From Paraspadella gotoi (taxonomy: Eukaryota > Animalia > Chaetognatha), in the NCBI GenBank assembly GCA_051294375.1, contig CM119267.1:13942186-14006185 (forward strand): a stretch of DNA of 64,000 nt. The letters are read 5' to 3'. The notes under the pieces were generated by a model. It did no database searches and was not told where the DNA came from. It saw only the letters and a list, made by a program, of their open reading frames with translations. The position numbers and the translations under genes are program-made. Below, piece after piece: positions 56,095 to 64,000 of this stretch (position 1 is its first letter; the number at the start of each line of letters is the position of its first letter).

Positions 56095-57575
56095 ATGGCG
56101 CCCACCCACATCCTCTTCGTGCCTCCCCGCCCATCGCTCCTCGCGTTCCCGCCGTGGGCCCGGCTCTCGGCTCTCTATCTGGGCGCCGACCTTCTAGTGG
56201 TGGGCGTGGAGGCGTGGTCGCGGCGCGCAGATTCGGTGGTTTTGGCGCCGGGGGACCAACTCATCGCCGTAGATGACAGTCGACGTGACGGGATACTCGG
56301 CCGACGGGCTGTGAGGATGGTGGCCAAGAGGAAGAGGATGGAGGTAAGCGGATTGTAGAAGCTGGACAGAGGGTGAAAAGGATCAAATATAATATAATTG
56401 TATATACAGCATTGTACATAAAAAGAAAGGAAACTGTAAAAATTTTAGAGATGACACGGCCAAAACAGGACGAACAAAGTTACTTATGTATCGATTCATT
56501 TTGTCTCCATATCTTATATTTTACTCGAAGGATTTTCTCGCCATCAGCCGAAATCACATTCCCTCATTTTTCGCAGGTGTCGGCACCCGATTCGCCACGC
56601 ATTGACAAGTGGTACTGTCCACGGGGGTGCAGACGAGGTCGAAGATTCCTCCATCGAGCAGATGGCGCTACGGATTCACGTCATTGAGCAAATCCAGTTC
56701 AGGTTCTTTGTTTGCCTCAATACATTCTGCTCGCGTCTTGTCTGTCCTTAAGAATGGCTCGTTTCATCAAAGCCTTCTTCCGCCCCCAATCAGGGTTGGC
56801 TCCGCGTCTTCCAGGATCTCCAGCTTTACAAAAACTCGCGTCCTCGCCCCGGCGACGTCGTCCTCTCGTAACGGACGCCGCGTTCGTCCGCATGCGAGAT
56901 TGCTGGAGACGCTGCTGGTTAAGGCCGCTGGGTCGCCTGCAGCTGGAGTATTGCGGGCCGGATCAGCCGCCGAAGGAATCGTACCGCCAAACGCCCCTCC
57001 GTTTGACGCGCGGTCGCGGTCTTTCGGCGCTCGAGGTGGCTGATGTGAGGACGCGACAAGCATCGCGCCGTGGCTGAGGACTTTAAGAGAGATACGCGGA
57101 ATCGCAGCGTAATAAAACATTATAAAACAGCATATAGTTTTTTTATATAATTAGTATCGGTCCACTTTTCAGACGTCCACTTGGTGACCCAATTCCTTGA
57201 ACCTTGCTGTTTGACCACCCCCAAGCAAACGACAGGTCATCTCAGTCATCCGACCCTTCCAATCCCCCAAGCATCATTTGGCGCAATTCGACGAAGACTC
57301 AATGGGTCGAAAGAGAGAGGAAGAGAAATCAGGCGCGGCAAGGTCCGACCACATTTTTTCACCTAATTCTTTATTCTCAAGAAACTGGTAAAAAAAGAAA
57401 TTAAAAGCATTAAACATTACAGATCCCAACAATCGTCAACTCGATTCGGCCCGGACCTTCCTCCAGGCAGCTTCAAACCGTACTACCTCTCTACCACCAT
57501 CAACGCCAACCGCAACGACGCAACAAACGTCGATGATCAGAACGCCTCGTCGTCATTCGAACGATTTGGCGCGGC

Positions 57576-57615
<40 letters not shown>

Positions 57616-60600
57616 GGGCGGCGGCCCGTCAGCGGGCGTGAAACGAAACCGACGACGGACGAAGTTTCGGCTTTCGTCATCCGAGGATCCACCCGACGCG
57701 CGTGGAGCAGCTCGAGGTCGACGCGCTGCCGTACGCGCCGGTCTCGCCGTCGCGACGCCATCTTGAAAATCAACGGGGAAATGACGTGGAAGGCGTCGCA
57801 CACGCACGTCGGTCAAGCTGCTGCAGGGTTCGGGATCGTTCGCCGACGCTGCTGGTGTCGCTTGGGGAGGCGGAGGAGGAAGCGGGAGATGGTTTTGGGG
57901 GAGATTTGTTCGATTCCTCCTTTGGGGTTGCCGAGCGGAGGGCGCGCTTTTCTCGCGAAAAGGAGTGGCGAAAATCTTACGGGATATTTGGAAGAAGAGG
58001 TGTGTTTGTTGGTTGGAATGAGGGAAACGAGGTCAAATTTGACAAATGTATTAATTCTTAAAATGAGCTCTGTAATAATGGGAAGCCAAGCCAAGCCAAG
58101 TTTTTGTTGTTGTCGTTGGTTTTTTGTTTGAATTGATTTTGTCAGCCGACTCCATTTCACTTCCAATCCCCATTCAGGTCGTAAAAATCTAGCGATCTCG
58201 CTTATCTCATCAGACCCCCTCAGGGAAGATGGATCCAAATCAGAAGCTGAGCTTTCGAAGAATTCAGCCTTGGACCGCCTTCAACCGGGGAGGCATCTTA
58301 TCTTGGCAATGCGGACTTTCAAAGAGAAAGATCGGAGTATCACTTGACCAAAATAGCAGCAAATCAAACTGCGCAAGATCCTCGAAGATTTACTTCGACG
58401 ATCGAGACGTCGCCGCCTTCGCGGACCGGCAGTTCGACGACCTGCTGGACAACGACGCCAAGCGCGACCCCTCTGGCCAGGATCCTTCAGTTATTGCTTA
58501 TTCGCACCAAGAGTTTATTAAGAACGGGAGAAGGAAAAGAAGGAAATCTTCTGAGGTCGTTGGGTTCGCAGCGGATCGAAGAGTTGGAAAAGATCGAAGG
58601 CAACGGACGGATCGAGTTCGGGGAGATCCACCGATTCAAAAGTCACGAGTCGAAAAAACAAAGAGAAAATATTAGAGACATCGAAGAGTTAAAAAAGGCC
58701 CTCCTTGACCAAAGACGGACGACGACGACCCCATCGACCTCGAAACGGAAAACTCCATCGCCTCAGGCTCAACCCAGTTTATCGACTCATCCGCCAAATG
58801 GAGCGAGAACGCCTGAACAAGGCACGCCGAAATCCTGGGAGAGCATCCAGCACCGATCCGACGGCCGATTGAAGACGGCGTTGAGGCGACAAAGCTTCGA
58901 CACGTTGCAGACGTTCGAGTGGAGGAAGTGACGGCGAACCTCGTTTGAACGAGGACAGTTGAGAGCGCAGAGGCGGATCGCCGTTTGAGCATCGGAAGAT
59001 GCGGATGGAACGGAGGCCGTCCTCACCGGCTCGTCGATGTGGACGCCCGGCTCTAAAGAGTAAAGGGGCGGTATGAGAGGCCGGCGACTCGCGCGGACGA
59101 TGCGCTGGGAAAATCTCGTCGTCGAAATCCGTGGAGACTCCCAGGACGAAATGGTGAAGATGAGGAGGAGGCAGGAAGAGTGGGATGTTCACGTGACTTA
59201 ATTTCGATATTTTCTCTTCGACAGTGAGGATTTGATGAAGAGTGAGGTCTTGGAAGAGGAGATAGAGCGTCAGAGTGGTCAGAGTCATCCCTGATCCATC
59301 TGCTACAGTGACGACAACGAGACAACGGACACGCCCTTAACGACGACGAAATCGCCTCCTTCGAGAATTTCTCGTTGCCTGACCCTTTCGAGCGAGAAAC
59401 AGACTCAAGAAGGGGAAGGGATCCCAGTAAGTCGACGCGGGAAAGAAACTCACCCATGGACCGGAGGAAAAAACTTCGTGCAGCAGGCCAATTCGAAATC
59501 TCCGCAGCACAGGACTAAATCCGCCGAATCAACTCCGACGAACGGAGACCAAACGACGACAATGTTCGCAAGCAACAATAACAGGCAGAAATTCCAGAAT
59601 AGGCCAGCAACATCGCGTTTGTGCTTCCGGTCCGTCACAACGCCATGGAACTCCCAAGCGACGAATTACGCGAGGTCCGTCAACCGGGAGGAGTTGCCTC
59701 CGGACCCCACCTCCTCCTCCTCCACCACCGCCCCCTCCTCCTCCGCCACCACCGCCACCTACAAAATCAGCCGAAGAAGAAACATCCTCCTTCCGTCGCG
59801 ACCCGATCGCCCTCGACCGTCGCAAAGCCCCCTTGACAGTTCTGATGGCGGAGCTGCAGGCGCCGCGTCAACTCTTCCTGCTGCGTCCGGAGGACAATTC
59901 GACGACGATTGGGGACGGTCGATTGCGAGGGACCGTCTTAGGAAACATCGTCTGAGGCGCGAAAACTTCGAGATGGCCGTCAAAGACTATGGACGCTCCA
60001 CGCTGACTCCGGATGTCGCCGAGGACGTGGAAAGGGCGTTTGCCCGGAAGAGCGGAGACGGTTTGGGGGAGGAGGAGGGGATTCGGGTAAAGGACGTTGC
60101 GGTCATGAACAGACTCGAGAAGGTTTGATGTCGTGGAGAGGTTATATAGAATTGGATTGATGGATTCATTGAAATAATTGTTGATTTGAATTTAATTTAC
60201 CGATCAAATGCGTATGAATTGAATGATTGGTTTTGAATGTATTCCTTGACTGATTGATTTGATCGGGTTTTGATTCAAGATACGATTCCATTTTTCAGAT
60301 TCCGTTTCTCAACTTCGCGTTCGCGATTTGATGTTTAAAACGCAATTTTGCAAAAAAGCAGAAAGAACCGAGCAAAGTTTTTTCGCTCATTTCCCTGCCG
60401 CCGAGGAAATCGTCATGAGCGAGATGCTCGGCGCATTTTCGCAGGTCATTCAAATCATGCACGCTGAGCCGAGACCAAGGTTCGTTTGGTTTTTTTTTTA
60501 TTTTAATGAAAATAAGCTAAAATAAGTATTCAAGAAAAAAATATTAGTTCATGACAGATTTTAGAAGAAGATTTCGTTTGTTTCGTGTCCAAGGTCCGGT

Positions 60601-61381
60601 GTCTCGGGTTAGAATTTTTACAAAAACTTGATCAACATTCAATCGGGGATTACAACCATTTACAGGTACTGTATAATCCCGATGTTACAAAGAAAGACAT
60701 TTAGGATTCTGGTATCTTTTAATATTGCCACGCATTATCTTTTATTCAGCGTCTCGTAGCAGCCATAAAGGAACACGTGCCCGTGGCTTTAGATCTGAGA
60801 AAAGATTTGCCGTCTTTGAGTCAGCCGCCTCGTTATCTTTTCTCGTCTGCTCTCGCGAAAAGAGAAGTAGGGATACTCGCTACTCAGCGCTGATCCATAG
60901 TTATCACACTTTGAAAATTTTTTTTTTTCTTTTTTGCGATTAAGGAATTATTGCGACGGGATTGTCTTTGATTCCGACCATATCTAGAAGCTTTGAAGGA
61001 CAAGCGTCGCAGAACAGGGGTATTTAAATCATTTTATTATTTTATTAATAAAGACCAACGCCTACAATTTTATTGTACTACATTCTTATTTACTTTTGGA
61101 ATTTCAAATATCCTAATACGTCCCGGCCTCCTCACAGGGGCGACCGCTATGTAGAAGTGATGAGCCTCTTCGTCCGCACGCCTCCGAGCGCGCAATACGT
61201 TTGGACGCGACAGCGCGTCTTGCAGAGAGATGCTTGCAGCGCGCCTGGCGCCGTGTGGACCTCGTCAGTGACGACGCGGACGTGGGGGGTTACGCGGAGG
61301 AGACAAAAACGAAGCCCAAATTTATTTTCGCGTCTGGAAGAATTCGTTCTAAGTTTTGAACGAGAAGCGAGACGAACTTGA
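56095..61381 (+). CDS. GRID2IP: Delphilin (GRID2IP)-like formin, multi-exon, architecture PDZ-PDZ-HHD-PDZ-HHD-FH1-FH2; reading frame broken by many indels (assembly error or pseudogenisation)
   Basis: Fragments stitched across frames and GT-AG introns. PDZ1: LLVVGVEAW..LAPGDQLIAVDD (56095-56343). PDZ2: RYGFT..RPGDVVLS/NGRRV..LLETLL..LQLEY (56660-56950). HHD1: TTPKQ/QVISVIRPF..PKHHLAQFDE (57000-57300). PDZ3: SFGF/VIRGS/PTRVEQ../DAILKING/ASHTHV/VKLLQGSG/SPTLLV (57630-57865), which resembles the delphilin PDZ end LQGSGAMPTLVV. HHD2: IYFDDRDVAAF..DLLDNDAKRD..ILQLL..HQE (58310-58520). FH1: poly-Pro (59706-59760). FH2: LRVRDLMFK..AAEEIVMSEMLG, LEFLQKL, LVAAIKEHVPVALDLRKDLPSL, DRYVEVMSLFV..LFSRLEEFVLSFERE*. 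Approximate exons: 56095-56343, 56577-56702, 56753-57108, 57173-57342, 57423-57999, 58178-60122, 60299-60479, 60594-60665, 60750-~60831, (uncertain ~60850-61018), 61138-61381. Confidence 0.85.
59706..59760 (+). repeat. Poly-proline (CCN)n tract, FH1 region of the formin
   Basis: cca cct cct cct cct cca cca ccg ccc... encodes a run of about 18 Pro with mixed codons, immediately before FH2-like sequence. Confidence 0.8.
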
Positions 61382-64000
61382 ATCAATTCTGTTTTCATTA
61401 GATAAAAACTAACTTATTTTCGAAGCCCATACGTCTTCGTTTTACTTTCCTTTTTGCTGATTCCTTCATTCGAAAAATATATCTAACTTCATATGCGATG
61501 AACGATATATATTATTTTTTATAACACAAAAGTTTTTTTTACTATGAGTACTGCCTACTCGAGTTTTTGAAAAAATACTTACACTTGTTTCACCACAAAA
61601 ACTTATTTCCTACCAAATTACCAATAACTTCTAACTGATTTTTATTAAAAAAATTGTTAATAATTAATTAAAACAATGAAGTGCAGATTAGATATTGGGT
61701 TCACACAATGACGAGGCCAGTAAAACAGTAAACTAAACTAAACTTAAAACAGCTAAGAGGCCACAAATGCAGGGATTAGGTTATATTTTTGTTTTTTTTT
61801 TTATTTAAGCGCCACCGTCTCCGCTTAGCGCTAAGTTCGCTCTCGTATGGATTAAGAAAAATAGACAAATGGAAAACCTTTTAAATTAATATTATAAAAA
61901 AATATCAAAATATTTCTTTGCATTTTCTCATGTAATCCACTTAGCCTTTCGGGCATATTTTTTCAAAAGGCGAGATAGTTAGATTCGTTTTGAATTAATG
62001 GGGGAAGTGAGGTATTAAACAAAGATATTCCATACTAAAATTTTGACGCTTCAACCAGCAGACCTCCTAAAATATTTGAGTTTAAAAATTGTTAAGTTTT
62101 TTAAACTACGAATTACAAAAAAATATTTAACAAAAAAAGCAGTTTTAGCTTATAATTTAAGCGTTGATTTAAAAAAAAAAGAGATCTTTTGTTTATCCGT
62201 AGCAACGGTATTACGATGCCATCTCAGCAAGATTTTTGACGAGTTGCCCGAAAAAAAAAGTAAGCAACGCCATAATTTTTTTCTTAAACAGCAAGGACGA
62301 TGACAACAGATAATTGATAAAATAATTTACAAACAGCGAATGTTTAATTCGTAAAACCTGCAGTTTACCTAAATTTTTTCTGAACTGTCTTTTGAAAAAG
62401 AATTTAAATTTTAAGTTGGAAAGAAAAGACTTCTTCACACCAAAGACACTTAACCTTGACCGTCGGGAAAGCAAGTAAAAAAAAATAATGTTTGGGCAAA
62501 GAAGCGATTTCTGGGTTTGGAAGGAAACCGTTTCGTCTCTCGCTTCCGCCGTTTGCTAGGAGAAAAAAAAAAACGCGAAAGAAACCAAAAACATGTCGAT
62601 TGAAGGGACGAGGAAACTGCACTGAAGGAGTTCCGAAGTTGGGAAAGTAATGAAAGAGTAAAACAAAGAAGTGCAAAAGTGAGGAAGTAATGAAAGGTAA
62701 ACAAAAAAATGCCGAAGTAGGGAAATCAGAAATGTGAGGAGAGAAGGCAGTGGAATGGAGGGAGAAAATGGAAAAAAGAAAAGCAAAATGGGAAATATAA
62801 AACGGTTAGGAAAAAGGGTGTGAGTAGTTGCGGATGTGAAAAAATGTTGAAAAGGAGCATGGTGAACGTTGCAGTGATTAAGAAATGAAAGGTGAGCGAA
62901 AAAAGTGTACCAGGTGTTAAAGGGGAAAAAAAAGAAGGTTGCTGGTAGAAAAAAACAAGTTATTTACAAATTGAAAACTCGAGGAAAAGATTGACGCGAG
63001 ATTTGAACGATATCTTTGCCAAACTTACTTTTCCTAAGGATATTTGGGCAGACGACGAAATGATATCTGCAAAAAGTTAAGCCAAATGTTTTGGCTAAAT
63101 CGTCGTTAAACGATTCTCCATAAAGTTGCGGCCCGCTGTTTTGTTTCGTCACGGACGGTGTTCGTCGACGTTTTCAGAAAGTTGGCTTCGACGCTTCGTG
63201 CGTCGTGCCGCGAAAATCGCTTGCTGTTGTCAAGCGGTATACGGTGCGTTTTTTTTTTAGTCAGAGTCCTCGGTGATGAATGACTTTCACCCTCTGCCCC
63301 CTGTGGTCTTCAGTTCGGGATCTCTCTCTCCTCGACGAGATATTTTTTTTTTCGCCTCGAGGGCATTCGGGCTTTTTCGTTTTATCAATCACGACAAATC
63401 GATGCCGGAAAAAAAAGAGGCGTCAACATCACTGTTTTCGTGAAAAAGAAAACTGATATGTTTTCTTTTTTAGATGTCAAAGTTTAACAAAAAAACTACT
63501 TGACATAATTATGAATGGAACGAATGCAATAATCCATGCGAAAGTGGTCATCAACCAAGCATTCCTCGTATTTTTTTTACACCATTGACGAGAGAGTCAC
63601 TGCTCGCCAGCAAGCCAGTCGGTGCCAAATACACGACGCCGTTTCCACAAGATTGGCGACCGCCGAGGGCGCGATCCGACGCGAAGATTTGTGATCAGCG
63701 CCAAAGGGGAGGTCCAAAACACAGAGGGCGCCGCCCACGCCAGGGTCGAGAGAGAAAACGCCGTTCGCAGGTCAAAAAGAAAAGTTGCGGCGCTTTAGGC
63801 GTCGGGCAACCGTTCGGCATCGTGTCCGCAAGAGTTCGGCAACTATCCGGCAACGGGTCGGCAACGGGTCGAAGCGGAAAAAAGCGATTTGGCTCCGATT
63901 TAGTGTCCGAGGTGGCGTCGAAACGCGACCATATCGCTTTCGACCTTTGAGAAGGAAAAAAAAGGGAATAAAAACGAAAAAAAAATTTGGAAAAAACAAA

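Noticed and set aside
57382-57387. Possible 6-nt microexon aaactg between 39-nt and 35-nt GT-AG introns
   Set aside because: In the frame that carries the HHD1 motif it creates a TGA; a single 80-nt intron is simpler. Cannot be resolved without transcripts.
57553-57816. - strand ORF ending RRFRFTPADGPPPPP...KSFE, resembling the WIP WASP-binding motif
   Set aside because: It is antisense to PDZ3 and the GGC repeat of the formin gene, which has far stronger support.

Overview
Repeat-rich, intron-containing animal (probably invertebrate) DNA from a draft assembly. It has many N gaps, indel-rich segments and duplicated copies flanking 25-N gaps. Most of the supplied ORFs are translations of (GA)n, (GAAA)n or (GAC)n microsatellites. 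The one confidently recognisable gene is a multi-exon, frameshift-riddled delphilin/GRID2IP-type formin on the + strand (~56095-61381), read as PDZ-PDZ-HHD-PDZ-HHD-FH1-FH2. Its FH2 appears to lack the lasso, the GNxxN post motif and the conserved actin-contact Lys. Also present: a TRAF-type RING exon (~20.8 kb), five copies of two HINE/DINE-1-like non-autonomous Helentron families, and a regulatory-looking region (24.8-26.0 kb) with TCACGTGA E-boxes at exact 22-bp spacing and TGACG motifs at 11-bp spacing. There are also a candidate CCAAT/CRE-driven small secreted-peptide gene on the - strand and several orphan exons. Protein comparisons are by eye against family motifs recalled from memory; no searches were run.
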